A stretch of DNA of 56,522 nucleotides, taken from NCBI GenBank assembly GCA_037478695.1, contig JBBFME010000001.1, forward strand, positions 1-56,522, written 5' to 3'. The DNA comes from Pseudothermotoga sp. (GTDB lineage Bacteria; Thermotogota; Thermotogae; Thermotogales; DSM-5069). The notes beneath the pieces were generated by a model. It did no database searches and was not told the DNA's origin. It saw nothing but the letters and a program-made list of their open reading frames with translations. Below are positions 1 to 10,037 of the stretch, one piece after another. The first letter of the stretch is position 1, and the number at the start of each line of letters is the position of its first letter. A program made the translations under genes and the position numbers.

Positions 1-356
1 ATGGTGAAATCACTTTCTGCCTTGACTATTATGCTTTGATCGGCTGTCCAATATGGCTGTGAAAAATCGACTACTTGTTTGCGCTCGTCGGTGATCGTCA
101 TTGCTGCTGCAACCACGTCAACTTGGCCAGCTCTGAGCGCTGGTATCAAAGAATCAAAACTCATGTCGACAAACTTCAACTCGAAACCAGCAAGCTTTGC
201 GATCTCTCTCATCAAATCCATGTCAAAACCTACAAATTGACCATTCTCCATGTACTCAAATGGTGGAAAATCCGCACTGGTACCGACTGTAACGGTTTTG
301 GCGAAGGCAAAAGCTGTAAGGATCAAACAACAGAGTATCAACCACCGAGATCTCAT
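1..356 (-). CDS. Polar amino-acid ABC transporter substrate-binding protein, family 3 (partial, runs off window start)
   Basis: Not in the ORF track. Manual minus-strand translation from ATG at 356 (upstream GGGAGGGG RBS) gives MRSRWLILCCLILTAFAFAKTVTVGTSADFPPFEYMENGQFVGFDMDL...DFSQPY: a signal peptide plus GlnH/HisJ-type motifs. Confidence 0.9.
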   Translation of the reverse strand, partial: MRSRWLILCCLILTAFAFAKTVTVGTSADFPPFEYMENGQFVGFDMDLMREIAKLAGFELKFVDMSFDSLIPALRAGQVDVVAAAMTITDERKQVVDFSQPYWTADQSIIVKAESDFT

Positions 357-404
357 CGAACCCCTCCCTTCTCTACGAAAATCAATTATAACACAGTCGG
401 TGAA

Positions 405-1187
405 TCAATTTGTAGAATTCCTCGAGAATTTAGTCAGTCTGTATGATACAAAGGCTGCAGTGATTGTCAAGAGAACCACCACGATGTATCCATGCCACGT
501 AAAGCTTTGTTTGTCAAAGGGTTGTACTTTGATGAGTGATGCCAAAACGAGTCCAAAGACCATGTTCTTCGTCTGTGTTGGGAATCTTTCATAGAGGTAC
601 TTCATGAAGATCGCACACACCACCATACCAAAAACAACACCCACTCCGAACGGTATCAGGATGCTAAATTCAATTTCACTCACTGCCTTGACAACGTCTT
701 CATAAACACCAAAGATGAGCATGACAAGTGATCCGCTCAAACCAGGCATAACCATTGCGAAGGCTGCCAGGAAACCAGCTATCGAAATGAATGCTTTTGA
801 AAGATCAAGAGAGATGCCAGAAAATTCAATGAATAGGAACAATGCAATTCCGATTAAGAGGTGTAAGACCTTTATCTTGCCAAGTTGTCTGAACAACAAC
901 GGAATCGTACCCAAAATCAAACCAAAGAAAATCGCATAAGTGATACCACTTGCTCTTTTCAGAGAGATGTCGATCAATTTGGAACCTGCGAAGATCGCTG
1001 TTACTAAACCTATTCCAACATAGATGAGTAGTCTCAATTGCTCGCGTGTCGGCTTGATCTTCAGAGTTGCCACGATGGCTTTGATCAGTTCTTCGTAAAT
1101 GCCGAGTACAACAGCTATCGTTCCACCACTGATACCTGGAACGAGGTTTGCCAAACCAATCAAGAGTCCAGACAAGATAGCTTTCAC
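405..1187 (-). CDS. DUF368-family membrane protein (putative undecaprenyl-phosphate translocase)
   Basis: Repeated motifs ANLVPGISGGTIA and AMVMPGLSGS, typical of DUF368; multiple TM helices. Confidence 0.85.
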   Translation of the reverse strand: MKAILSGLLIGLANLVPGISGGTIAVVLGIYEELIKAIVATLKIKPTREQLRLLIYVGIGLVTAIFAGSKLIDISLKRASGITYAIFFGLILGTIPLLFRQLGKIKVLHLLIGIALFLFIEFSGISLDLSKAFISIAGFLAAFAMVMPGLSGSLVMLIFGVYEDVVKAVSEIEFSILIPFGVGVVFGMVVCAIFMKYLYERFPTQTKNMVFGLVLASLIKVQPFDKQSFTWHGYIVVVLLTITAAFVSYRLTKFSRNSTN

Positions 1188-1402
1188 CTTCTCTCAGCTC
1201 CTTTCCAAAGAATTTTACACCTTGTCTGCGAAATCCTTCGTGTAATGTCTTGAACTACAGCAGTTCAGCAAAGTCAGGCTGTAATCCTGAAAGTACAAAA
1301 CCACAAATTAACCAAGATCTCTCAAGTGCGCTCGCCAATTCAGCAATCAGCTTTGTGACAGTAAGAAGGTTCTCTATGAACAAAACCACAAGAGAATGAA
1401 AT

Positions 1403-1446
1403 TTGACTTGATTTGAAAATCGGCGTAAAATAATGTACGTACCTTA
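1403..1446 (+). promoter_or_regulatory. araR promoter with autoregulatory AraR-type operator
   Basis: TTGACT (1403-1408), 17 bp, TAAAAT (1426-1431), then palindrome TAATGTAC|GTACCTTA (1431-1446), resembling the Bacillus AraR consensus ATTTGTACGTACAAAT. Confidence 0.8.
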
Positions 1447-1457
1447 TCCGGAGGTGA

Positions 1458-2525
1458 GTGATCATAGTCCCAAAATACAAATTCATAGAACAGGCACTCA
1501 TAAAAGAACTGAAATCGGGAAGATACTCGGTTGGTGGGAAACTGCCCACTGAAAAAGAGTTGATGGAACAATACAATGCGAGTAGAGAGACCGTTCGTAA
1601 AGCTCTTGATAGACTCGCTGTCAGAGGTGTTATTGTTAGGAAACCTGGTGTTGGTACATTTGTGAACGCAGAGAGAGAAAATCAGACAGTTGGTATAGTT
1701 GTCCAACAGATCACCAGTTACATCTTTCCTTATGTGGTACTCGGAGCAGAAGATTATTTGTTCAGAAATGGCTACAAGATGTTGCTTGGGAACGCATCAG
1801 AAGACCCGAACAAGGAAAGACAGATAATCACCGAATGGGTTGAATCAGGCGTGAGTGGTTTGATAATTGATCCCGTTTGTAGTGCCACGAAACGTTCAAA
1901 CAAAGAATATCTTGAGTCACTAGTAAAAGATGGTATCAAGGTGGTCTTGGTACACAGTGACTGGAAGATTGGCGGTTGTGGAAGCGTGATATTAGATGAT
2001 GCCTTTGGGGGAATGAAAGCCGCAGAGATCTTCCACGAACACGGGCACAAAAGAGTCGCCGTTCTGTACAAATCTATTCATTTACCGAGTGTAACGAGGG
2101 CGATGAGTTTCATCGAAAGGGCAAGACAGCTTGGTTTTGAGAAGATTTACGAAAAGTCTTTCAACGTTTCTGAATTCACAGGAGCACCAATGCAGAGTGC
2201 GTATGAACTCTTGAGCATGCCTAACCAGTTGCGCCCAACAGCCATCTTCTGCTACAACGACGCTACAGCTTTGCAGCTTCAGCTCGTGGCAAAGAGACTG
2301 GGATTGAAGATACCAGACGATGTGTCGGTCATTGGCTTCGACGATGCACCAATTGGTGATTTCAGAGACTTTCTGACAACCTTTGCCCATCCAAAGGAGG
2401 ACGTTGGAAGAAAAGCTGTTGAAATCTTGCTGAAGATGCTTCATGGTGAGAAGGCAGAGAAATATGTTCTGCAACCCGAATTGATTGTGAGGAACTCAGT
2501 TGCTTTGATAAATCCTCGAAATTGA
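1458..2525 (+). CDS. araR: AraR-type repressor (GntR HTH fused to LacI-type sugar-binding domain)
   Basis: N-terminal GntR motif LPTEKELMEQYNASRETVRKAL..RKPGVGTFV; C-terminal LacI motifs AIFCYND and IPDDVSVIGFDD; adjacent to araD. Confidence 0.9.
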   Translation: MIIVPKYKFIEQALIKELKSGRYSVGGKLPTEKELMEQYNASRETVRKALDRLAVRGVIVRKPGVGTFVNAERENQTVGIVVQQITSYIFPYVVLGAEDYLFRNGYKMLLGNASEDPNKERQIITEWVESGVSGLIIDPVCSATKRSNKEYLESLVKDGIKVVLVHSDWKIGGCGSVILDDAFGGMKAAEIFHEHGHKRVAVLYKSIHLPSVTRAMSFIERARQLGFEKIYEKSFNVSEFTGAPMQSAYELLSMPNQLRPTAIFCYNDATALQLQLVAKRLGLKIPDDVSVIGFDDAPIGDFRDFLTTFAHPKEDVGRKAVEILLKMLHGEKAEKYVLQPELIVRNSVALINPRN

Positions 2526-2535
2526 GGTGATAAAG

Positions 2536-3174
2536 ATGTATGAGGCTGAAAAAAAGTTACTCTATGAAGCTCACATGACCCTTGAAAAATATGGCTTGGT
2601 TGCTTACACGAGCGGCAACGTGAGCTTGAGAATCGATGATAAAGTTATTATAAAGCCTTCTGGAGTTCCTTACTCTCTCTTGAAGCCAGCAGATATGGTT
2701 GTGGTTGACCTCCAAGGAGAAATCATCGAGGGAACCAAGAAACCATCGATCGATACCGCCACGCACCTCTATTTGTACAACCACCTTGAGTGGGCGAAGA
2801 GTATTATACACACTCATTCAACCTTTGCAACCACTTTTGCAGTATTGGGAAAAACAATACCAGTCTTGTGCACCGCACATGCCGATGTCTTTGGCGAAGA
2901 GATTCCAGTCAGTGAGTATGCACCTGTCGGTTCCGAAGCAATTGGAAAGGCTGTTCTGAAGGTAATAGGAAAGTCAGGAACGGTTTTGCTCAGAAAACAT
3001 GGTGTAATAGTTGTAGGTGAATCTTTGGATGATGCGTTGAAGAAAGCCATCTTTCTTGAGGAAGTCGCCAAGATGAGTTATTTCGTTTTTCTGAGGGAAA
3101 ACGTTGAACAGCTCGATACATCTGAGATCGATAGACTAAATCTTCAGTATCATACAAGATATGGGCAGAGATAA
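2536..3174 (+). CDS. araD: L-ribulose-5-phosphate 4-epimerase (class II aldolase family)
   Basis: SGNVS, IKPSG, PSID..TH, HTHS, LRKHG motifs and C-terminal YGQ. ATG 2536 preferred over GTG 2527 on RBS spacing. Arabinose gene context. Confidence 0.88.
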   Translation: MYEAEKKLLYEAHMTLEKYGLVAYTSGNVSLRIDDKVIIKPSGVPYSLLKPADMVVVDLQGEIIEGTKKPSIDTATHLYLYNHLEWAKSIIHTHSTFATTFAVLGKTIPVLCTAHADVFGEEIPVSEYAPVGSEAIGKAVLKVIGKSGTVLLRKHGVIVVGESLDDALKKAIFLEEVAKMSYFVFLRENVEQLDTSEIDRLNLQYHTRYGQR

Positions 3175-3560
3175 CATCTGTTAAGATCTTCCAAAAATAT
3201 ATTCTGCGTGTTCTCACAATTGTGCAGATTTTTGCGAGATTGATTCGATTGATACTTAATATGTGTTCGTATTTCAATCTCTACTTCTTTCAGTATGTTC
3301 TTCCTCAAAAAGTTGAGTTAGTCGTGCTGAGGCCAGTGAAGGTATATCTCCTTCAGAGTCATAATTTCACAGGTGTCAGTTCGAATAATCGATTAAAGTT
3401 GTCTTTATAATTCATGCGTAAGGATTCCATTCAAGCCTATTGTGGTCGTAGAACAACTGTCTTGCGACGGTCTGTGTAGAAATTAGTAATCGATCTCAGT
3501 TCTCAATTGAGCGATTTTATGATTGGTTGTCGTGCCGGATTTGACTCAATAATTGCTCCA

Positions 3561-3610
3561 AAGAGATATTTGAAGAAAAGGACAGTAAATCAAAGAAAAT
3601 ACGAGAAAAT
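3561..3610 (+). repeat. 10-bp-periodic AG(A)AAAT direct repeats upstream of promoter
   Basis: aagagatatt/tgaagaaaag/gacagtaaat/caaagaaaat/acgagaaaat in 10-bp register. Confidence 0.6.
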
Positions 3611-3667
3611 GGGAATTTTATTCCGATTCCTTGAAATAGTTCATATCATCTTGGCTCATTTGAGCCT

Positions 3668-3728
3668 TTGTCTCACCCGGAGAGAAAAGTATAATTCAGT
3701 TGGAATGTACGTATCAATACGTATCTTA
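3668..3728 (+). promoter_or_regulatory. Promoter of ABC operon 1 with AraR-type operator(s)
   Basis: TTGTCT (3668-3673), 16 bp, TATAAT (3690-3695). GAATGTAC|GTATCAAT (3703-3718) overlaps a second TACGTA core (3713-3728). Confidence 0.65.
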
Positions 3729-3817
3729 TTTTTCGTCGTGCAACGGGGTAGGGAGACCAATCATAAGAATTCTTTGCACAAATGAAAGTTCATACATCAT
3801 CAGGGGGAGGTGTTGCT

Positions 3818-5146
3818 ATGAGGTTTAGGGTTTTGCTTGCATTGGTTCTGGCAGTTGTGAGTGCACTTGCCTTAGCAGAAGTTACCATCAGTGTGGTTGC
3901 TTGTTCTGACAACGCCGATTCCTTGAAGTGGTTAGCCGAGGAGTTCATGAAGAAGAACCCCGACATCAAGGTCGATGTCACTACCCTGTCATGGGAAGTT
4001 TTGTATCCCAGAATTCTGGCAGACATCAGCGCAAAGTCAGGTGCATTTGATGTCTTTAACTGGGACGTCATGACGGCTGGTGCGGTCAGTCAAGGCTGTG
4101 TGGATCTGTTTGAATTCATCAAACAAAATCCTGATATTGTTGATCCAGCGTACGACATGGACGATTTACTCCCACTGGCGAAGAACTTGGGGATTTGGGA
4201 TGGTAAATTGGTTGGTTTCCCGTATTTCAACAACACAATGTTGTTCTACTACCGCAAAGATCTTTTCGAAAATCCCAAACACAAAGAAGAATTTGAGAAG
4301 ATGTTCGGTAGACCTTTGAGAGTTCCCACTACATGGGCAGAGGCTGTAGATGTGGCAAGATATTTCACCAAGTCCTTTAACAAGAATTCTCCAACACAAT
4401 ATGGCATCGCACTGATGTTCCCCACAACACACACCATGTTTTACATGTACCTGATCTTCTTCGGTCCTTACAGAAGAAGTGTCGAAGGCATAACACGCTT
4501 TGGACCAGTCGATCTCGATTATGGAGACTACTTCACCAGCGATAAAAAACCTGCTTTCGCCAGTGATTTGGGTCTAAAAGCCTTTGAAGACATGAAAGCT
4601 CTCATGCCCTATTCACCAGACCCACTCGGATCTGACTACGGTGAGACACTCGAATACTTTGCAAAGGGTATAGTTGCAATGGTGCCACAATGGACCAACC
4701 CATATCTGCAATTCAAATCATCTCCAGCACTACAGCCAGCTGAGGAAAAGATAGGAATTGCCCCAATGCCTGGTCGCTCGGTAGCCGGTAACTGGGCTCT
4801 TGGTATCAACAAGTTCATACCCCTGGAGAAGCAAAGAGCGGCCTTCAAATTCATTCAGTTCGCCACATCAAAATGGGCCGATAAAGAAAAACTCATCAGG
4901 TTTGCGATTGCCCCTGTGAGAAAATCAACCCTTGAAGATGCGGAGGCACAAAAAGCCATCCCATGGGTAAAGGTTCTACCGTCGATCTATGCTGATGAGA
5001 CATTCAGACCAAGGATACCAGAAGAACCAAGACTCGAGGACATCAGCAACATAAACTTTGCAAAGATTCTCTCTGGAGAGCTTCCTTTGACACTCGACAC
5101 ACTGAACAAACTTGCCGCTGAATGGGAAAAGGTTCTCGCAAAGTAA
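3818..5146 (+). CDS. Sugar ABC transporter substrate-binding protein (CUT1, family 1)
   Basis: Signal peptide after GGAGG RBS (ATG 3818); LFYYRKDLF and PTTW motifs; followed by two permeases. Confidence 0.9.
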   Translation: MRFRVLLALVLAVVSALALAEVTISVVACSDNADSLKWLAEEFMKKNPDIKVDVTTLSWEVLYPRILADISAKSGAFDVFNWDVMTAGAVSQGCVDLFEFIKQNPDIVDPAYDMDDLLPLAKNLGIWDGKLVGFPYFNNTMLFYYRKDLFENPKHKEEFEKMFGRPLRVPTTWAEAVDVARYFTKSFNKNSPTQYGIALMFPTTHTMFYMYLIFFGPYRRSVEGITRFGPVDLDYGDYFTSDKKPAFASDLGLKAFEDMKALMPYSPDPLGSDYGETLEYFAKGIVAMVPQWTNPYLQFKSSPALQPAEEKIGIAPMPGRSVAGNWALGINKFIPLEKQRAAFKFIQFATSKWADKEKLIRFAIAPVRKSTLEDAEAQKAIPWVKVLPSIYADETFRPRIPEEPRLEDISNINFAKILSGELPLTLDTLNKLAAEWEKVLAK

Positions 5147-5156
5147 AAGCACCTCT

Positions 5157-5183
5157 GGGTGGGTGAGCCTCACCCACCCTTTC
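5157..5183 (+). terminator. Intergenic hairpin after SBP gene (partial terminator or mRNA stabiliser)
   Basis: GGGTGGGTGA-gcc-TCACCCACCC, a 10-bp perfect stem followed by TTTC. Confidence 0.65.
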
Positions 5184-5208
5184 ACACCTGTCTGAGGAGG
5201 GAACAACC

Positions 5209-6099
5209 TTGATATCTCGACAGAAGAGAAGAAAAGGCTTGTTCATGGTGTTACCAGCGGTCATATTGTTTCTGGTGATGACTATCTATCCTTTCATGTA
5301 CATGATCTACAATTCTTTCACAAATCTTGATCTTTCAAAAAAGGGCACAGGACAGTTCATCGGCATGAGAAATTATTTTGAGATCTTTCAAGATAGATTG
5401 GCAATATCGTCGATCGAATTCACTGTCTTGCTGGTTCTCATAGCTGTTCCATTGGAGATGATCTTGGGTTTGGGACTTTCGTACCTGCTGCGAGATTTGT
5501 TTGGTGAGAAGGTTCTCAGATCACTGTTCCTCATCCCGATGATGGTGCCTGCGGCGGTCGGAGGGTTTGGTTGGAAGATGTTGTTCAATTTCATCTTTGG
5601 ACCTATCAACTATTTTCTGGGACTTCTTGGTCTCCAGCCGGTAGAATGGTTTGGTAAATTGAACAGTGCTCGAATGGCTGTTATGATAGTCGAGATCTGG
5701 CAGTGGACACCTTTTGTCTTTCTCATCTTATACGCAGCTTTACAAGCACTGCCGAAGGACATTCTCGATGCTGGCAAGGTCGACGGGGCAAATGGTTGGA
5801 AGCTTTTCATGTACGTTGAACTTCCGCTCCTAAGACCAATCATATACGTGACATTGTTGCTGAGGATCATCGATGTGTTGAGGGCTTTTGATGCAGTCTA
5901 TATGACCACATATGGTGGTCCTGGTTCGGCAACTTCGACGTGGAGTTTTTACGCGTATAAAGTCACGGTTTCTTATGGATGGAATATAGGTTATGGTTCT
6001 GCTTTGTGTGTCATCTTAGTAATTGTGAGTGGGATCTTGATAAATACACTTACAAAGGTTTTGAACATAGGTAAAGAGCTGGGCCTTTCCAAGGAGTGA
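5209..6099 (+). CDS. Carbohydrate ABC permease (MalF/UgpA type)
   Basis: WQWTPF, EAA-like loop DAGKVDGA, T.GGPG; TM pattern. Confidence 0.9.
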   Translation: MISRQKRRKGLFMVLPAVILFLVMTIYPFMYMIYNSFTNLDLSKKGTGQFIGMRNYFEIFQDRLAISSIEFTVLLVLIAVPLEMILGLGLSYLLRDLFGEKVLRSLFLIPMMVPAAVGGFGWKMLFNFIFGPINYFLGLLGLQPVEWFGKLNSARMAVMIVEIWQWTPFVFLILYAALQALPKDILDAGKVDGANGWKLFMYVELPLLRPIIYVTLLLRIIDVLRAFDAVYMTTYGGPGSATSTWSFYAYKVTVSYGWNIGYGSALCVILVIVSGILINTLTKVLNIGKELGLSKE

Positions 6100-6956
6100 T
6101 GAAGATGACGCGCAAGAAGATTCTACGAATCATCAGATTTTTTGTAGCAGTCTTTATTCTAACCATATTTCTTTTCCCAATCTATTGGATCCTCTTAACA
6201 GCTTTCAAGCAGGAGTCTGAATGGTTTACCACACCTCCTGTGTTCTGGCCAACGAAATTCACTCTTTCGAACTTTCTTGGCACAGGCTCAACTACCTTTG
6301 GAACTACGACCACATCGATAGCTGGGATAATTCCTTTCCTGCGCAACAGCATAATCGTTGCCACTACTACTTCCTTGGTTTCAACAATCATCGCAGCCTT
6401 TGCAGCATATGCTATTTCCAGAACAAAAATAGGCGGTACAGGTTTGGCTGGTTGGTTCATCTCGATGAGATTTCTACCCCCAATTGCGAGCGCCATACCT
6501 TTGTATGTCATTTTCTCGAAAATATCACTTTTGAACACTTGGTGGGCTCTCATTCTTCCGTATCTTGTGCCAACAACGGCTCTCTCCGTTTGGTTGTTGA
6601 TATCCTTCTTCAACGAAATTCCCCAAGAAATTGAAGAAGCCGCTTACATAGATGGAGCATCGCGAACACAAGCTTTTTTGCAAGTAGTATTGCCGTTGAG
6701 TGCACCTGGTCTTGCTGCGGCCGCAATCTTAGCGTTCATCCAGAGTTGGGGTGAATTCTTGTTGGCTTTGGTTTTGACAAGCAATGCTTCAGCTCAGACT
6801 TTACCGGTTTATCTTGGAAGATACATAACTGGTTGGCGTGTAGCCTGGGGACCACTCTCTGCTGCAGGTTTGGTAACAATGTTACCGGTGATAGTCTTTG
6901 CACTCATAACACAGCGTTATTTGATAAGGGGACTAACCTTAGGTGCTGTAAAGTAG
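6096..6956 (+). CDS. Carbohydrate ABC permease (MalG/UgpE type)
   Basis: EEAAYIDGAS EAA motif, SWGEFL, TLPV, QRYLIRGL. Confidence 0.9.
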   Translation: MMKMTRKKILRIIRFFVAVFILTIFLFPIYWILLTAFKQESEWFTTPPVFWPTKFTLSNFLGTGSTTFGTTTTSIAGIIPFLRNSIIVATTTSLVSTIIAAFAAYAISRTKIGGTGLAGWFISMRFLPPIASAIPLYVIFSKISLLNTWWALILPYLVPTTALSVWLLISFFNEIPQEIEEAAYIDGASRTQAFLQVVLPLSAPGLAAAAILAFIQSWGEFLLALVLTSNASAQTLPVYLGRYITGWRVAWGPLSAAGLVTMLPVIVFALITQRYLIRGLTLGAVK

Positions 6957-7010
6957 TCTCCTTCGATTTCACTAACAAGAACCTATTTGCAAGCAGTTGA
7001 AAATTAATCT

Positions 7011-7050
7011 CCCACGAAAATCAAAGAAATCAGGAGAAATAGTGAGAAAT
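7011..7050 (+). repeat. 10-bp-periodic AGAAAT direct repeats upstream of promoter
   Basis: cccacgaaaa/tcaaagaaat/caggagaaat/agtgagaaat. Confidence 0.6.
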
Positions 7051-7116
7051 TGGTCTTAGTATGTATAAGATCAATTATTTTCGTTTACTTTCACTAAGAG
7101 CTACCCTTCCTCAGCT

Positions 7117-7164
7117 TTGACTTGTGACAAGTGCTTCGGTAGAGTCATATATGTTCGTACATAT
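7117..7164 (+). promoter_or_regulatory. Promoter of the GH127/HypD operon with AraR-type operator
   Basis: TTGACT (7117-7122), 17 bp, TAGAGT (7140-7145); near-perfect palindrome ATATGTTC|GTACATAT (7149-7164). Confidence 0.78.
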
Positions 7165-7213
7165 AACGGCACTTTTGTACCATCCGTTTCTATACTGAAA
7201 GGGGGCTAAGGTA

Positions 7214-8554
7214 ATGAGGGTTTCAAGGATCTTCACTGTTTGTGTCATTTTGCTTGTTCTCGCAGCCAGTGCTCTTGCAGCAAAGAAGGTCGAGTTAACT
7301 TTCACCTTTTGGGGTACCGAATTGGAAGCGAAAGTCGTTAGTGAAGCCTGTGAGAAATTCAACAAAACGCATCCTGATATCAAGGTCTCACCGATGCACA
7401 TTCCCACAAACTATATCGAGAAACTCACTGCAATGGTAGCCGCTGGTACTCCGCCACACATAGGATATCTGTACGAACCGAACGTTTTGGACTGGGCGTC
7501 GAAAGGTATTCTCTATGACCTGACTGAAGCGATCAGCCAGGATCCGTTACTTTCAAACAAATTGCCAGAACTCTATTGGAAATTCGACGGCGGTAAGAAG
7601 ATAGCAGGCATCACGGTTGCTGCTGAATTTATGATCACATACTACAACAAAGATTTGTTTGACAAGGCAAAGGTACCGTATCCACCCACAAAACCTGAGG
7701 AATGGACGTGGGAAAAGTTTGTTGAGACAGCCAAGAAGTTGACATTCGACAACAAAGGTAGAAGACCAGGTGAACCGGGGTTTGATCCGAACAATATTGT
7801 ACAGTACGGAGCTGTAATTCCATTGTGGTGGTGTCCGCTGATCCCGTTGATTTGGTCGAATGGTGGCGACATTGCCGATCTAACTGGTACCAAACCAATG
7901 ATTAATTCTCCTGAGACGATAGAAGCACTTCGCAAAATCTACGACCTGATATATAAGGATCATGCTGCTGCTCCACCCACTGTATCAGACGCGTTTCCGA
8001 GCACGAATATTGCTTTACAGACAGGGCAAGTCGCCATGGTCATCGATGGACAGTGGGCTATGCAAGAAGCAGGAGAAATGATCAAAGAAGGAACACTGAA
8101 TCTCGGCTTAGCACCACTACCGTATTTTAAGAAGCCTGTTACCGGAGTGATTGGTACTCCAATAGTCATTTTTAAGGATGCCGTTAAAGATCCAGATGTT
8201 CTCAAAGCAGCTTTGGAGTTCCACAAATTTATCCAAGACCCAGAGAATGTCTTGCCACTTATAAAATGTGGGTTGTGGCAACCTACAACCGTTGAATGGT
8301 ACACCAGAGATGATTACATAAAGAAATGGATGGATCCGAAACTACACCCAACTGAGTATAAAGAGGCTGTTATTAACTATTATCCGTATGCGAAAAAGTA
8401 TCCCGTGGCATATCTGAAGAATTCTGCTGAGATCAACACGATTTTTGGTCAGGAAATGACAAGAATTTTCTACGGAAACGAAGACATTGAAAAAGTGTGC
8501 AACGAGGCTGCTGAAAAATTGAAACCGTTGCTTACAGGAAGATATGATATGTAG
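7214..8554 (+). CDS. Sugar ABC substrate-binding protein, paralog 1
   Basis: Signal peptide; YYNKDLFDKAKVPYP, WTWEKF, AMVIDGQW (family 1 SBP). Confidence 0.9.
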   Translation: MRVSRIFTVCVILLVLAASALAAKKVELTFTFWGTELEAKVVSEACEKFNKTHPDIKVSPMHIPTNYIEKLTAMVAAGTPPHIGYLYEPNVLDWASKGILYDLTEAISQDPLLSNKLPELYWKFDGGKKIAGITVAAEFMITYYNKDLFDKAKVPYPPTKPEEWTWEKFVETAKKLTFDNKGRRPGEPGFDPNNIVQYGAVIPLWWCPLIPLIWSNGGDIADLTGTKPMINSPETIEALRKIYDLIYKDHAAAPPTVSDAFPSTNIALQTGQVAMVIDGQWAMQEAGEMIKEGTLNLGLAPLPYFKKPVTGVIGTPIVIFKDAVKDPDVLKAALEFHKFIQDPENVLPLIKCGLWQPTTVEWYTRDDYIKKWMDPKLHPTEYKEAVINYYPYAKKYPVAYLKNSAEINTIFGQEMTRIFYGNEDIEKVCNEAAEKLKPLLTGRYDM

Positions 8555-8624
8555 AACCGAACAAGTTGTTCAAGGGGAAATTGAGGACTCACAAACTTTG
8601 ACAAAATGATAGGAGGTGGATGTT

Positions 8625-9968
8625 GTGAAGTTAAGACTCGGCATAGTTGTTTTTCTCGTTATCGCTGTTCTCATTTCAGCAAAAACAGTTGAATTGAAGT
8701 TTGCATTCTGGGGAGATGAACTTGAAGCAAAGGTTGTGACTCAAGCTTGTGAGAAATTCAACAAAACACATCCAAATATCAAAGTGGTACCGATGCACAT
8801 TCCTCAGTATTTGGAAAAACTGTCAGCAATGATTGCATCTGGTGAACCACCGCACTTGGCATATCTTGTGGAAAGTCGTGCGCTCGGATGGGCTGCGCAG
8901 GGAATTCTTGTCGATCTAAACGAACTCCTCCAAAAGGATCCTGATCCAGTTATCATGAATAAATTACCACAACTGTACTGGAAATTCGATGGCGGCAAGA
9001 AGTTAGCAGGCGTTAGCTTTGCAGCCGAGTTTATGATCACATACTATAACAAAGATTTGTTTGACAAGGCAAAGGTACCATATCCTCCAACAAAACCTGA
9101 GGAATGGACGTGGGAAAAGTTTGTTGAGACGGCCAAAAAATTGACATTTGACAACAAAGGCAGAAGACCAGGTGAACCAGGATTTGATCCTAAAAACATT
9201 GTCCAGTACGGTGCGGCAATTGGTGGAGGAGGAACAAGCCCCTGGGTTCTGTACCCGTTGCTATGGTCGAACGGCGGGGACATTGTCAGTGAAGATGGAA
9301 AGCAAGTTATGTTAGATTCCCCGGCAACTGTAGAAGCCATTCAGAAGATATACAATTTGATCTACAAAGACTTTGCTGCCATAGCACCAGCAGCTGCAGA
9401 TGCCTTCCCAAGTTTGAATGTTGCTCTGCAAACGGGCCAGGTTGCGATGGTCCTTGATGGTCAGTGGGCTATGCAAGAGGCTGCACAAATCGCAAAAGAG
9501 GAGGGTATGAGATTTGGCGTGGCACCGCTTCCATACATGAAAACACCTGTTACTGGTGTAGAAGGTGCGCCAATTGGTATCTTCAAAGATGCTGTAAAGA
9601 ATGATCCAGAGGTGTTGCAAGCAGCTTGGGAATTCTACAAATTCATCCAGAACCCTGACCAGGTCGCTGATGTGATTAAAAGTGGTTTGTGGCAACCGAC
9701 TACGATCGACTGGTACACAAAAGAGGAGTACATAAGCAAGTGGCTAAACGCAGAAGTACATCCAAAGGAATACAGAGAAGCTGTGATAAATTACTACAAA
9801 TACGCAAAACCATATCCGAACGCTTATCTGAAGAACGTAGCAGAAATCAACACTATTGTCGTTCAGGAGATGAGCAGGATTTTCTATGGACAGGAAGATA
9901 TCGCTAAGGTCTGCAAAGAAGCGGCTGACAAGATTAAGCCTCTCTTGGCTGGAAGGTATGACAAGTAA
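8625..9968 (+). CDS. Sugar ABC substrate-binding protein, paralog 2 (tandem duplicate)
   Basis: AGGAGG RBS at 8611, GTG 8625; colinear with and highly similar to 7214..8554. Confidence 0.9.
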   Translation: MKLRLGIVVFLVIAVLISAKTVELKFAFWGDELEAKVVTQACEKFNKTHPNIKVVPMHIPQYLEKLSAMIASGEPPHLAYLVESRALGWAAQGILVDLNELLQKDPDPVIMNKLPQLYWKFDGGKKLAGVSFAAEFMITYYNKDLFDKAKVPYPPTKPEEWTWEKFVETAKKLTFDNKGRRPGEPGFDPKNIVQYGAAIGGGGTSPWVLYPLLWSNGGDIVSEDGKQVMLDSPATVEAIQKIYNLIYKDFAAIAPAAADAFPSLNVALQTGQVAMVLDGQWAMQEAAQIAKEEGMRFGVAPLPYMKTPVTGVEGAPIGIFKDAVKNDPEVLQAAWEFYKFIQNPDQVADVIKSGLWQPTTIDWYTKEEYISKWLNAEVHPKEYREAVINYYKYAKPYPNAYLKNVAEINTIVVQEMSRIFYGQEDIAKVCKEAADKIKPLLAGRYDK

Positions 9969-9985
9969 TTGTTGTCAATCTCACT

Positions 9986-10010
9986 CAAAGGGGGACCGTT
10001 CCCCCCTTTG
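9986..10010 (+). terminator. Intergenic hairpin between SBP and permease
   Basis: CAAAGGGGG-accgttc-CCCCCTTTG. Confidence 0.6.
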
Positions 10011-10037
10011 TTCTATGTGGAAGGGGTGTGAACAGAG

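Noticed and set aside
3175-3785. ORFs 3222..3410, 3507..3785 and 2990..3277 in the araD downstream gap
   Set aside because: No RBS or recognisable motifs; 3507..3785 overlaps the promoter and repeats, and 2990..3277 overlaps araD. Treated as non-coding.
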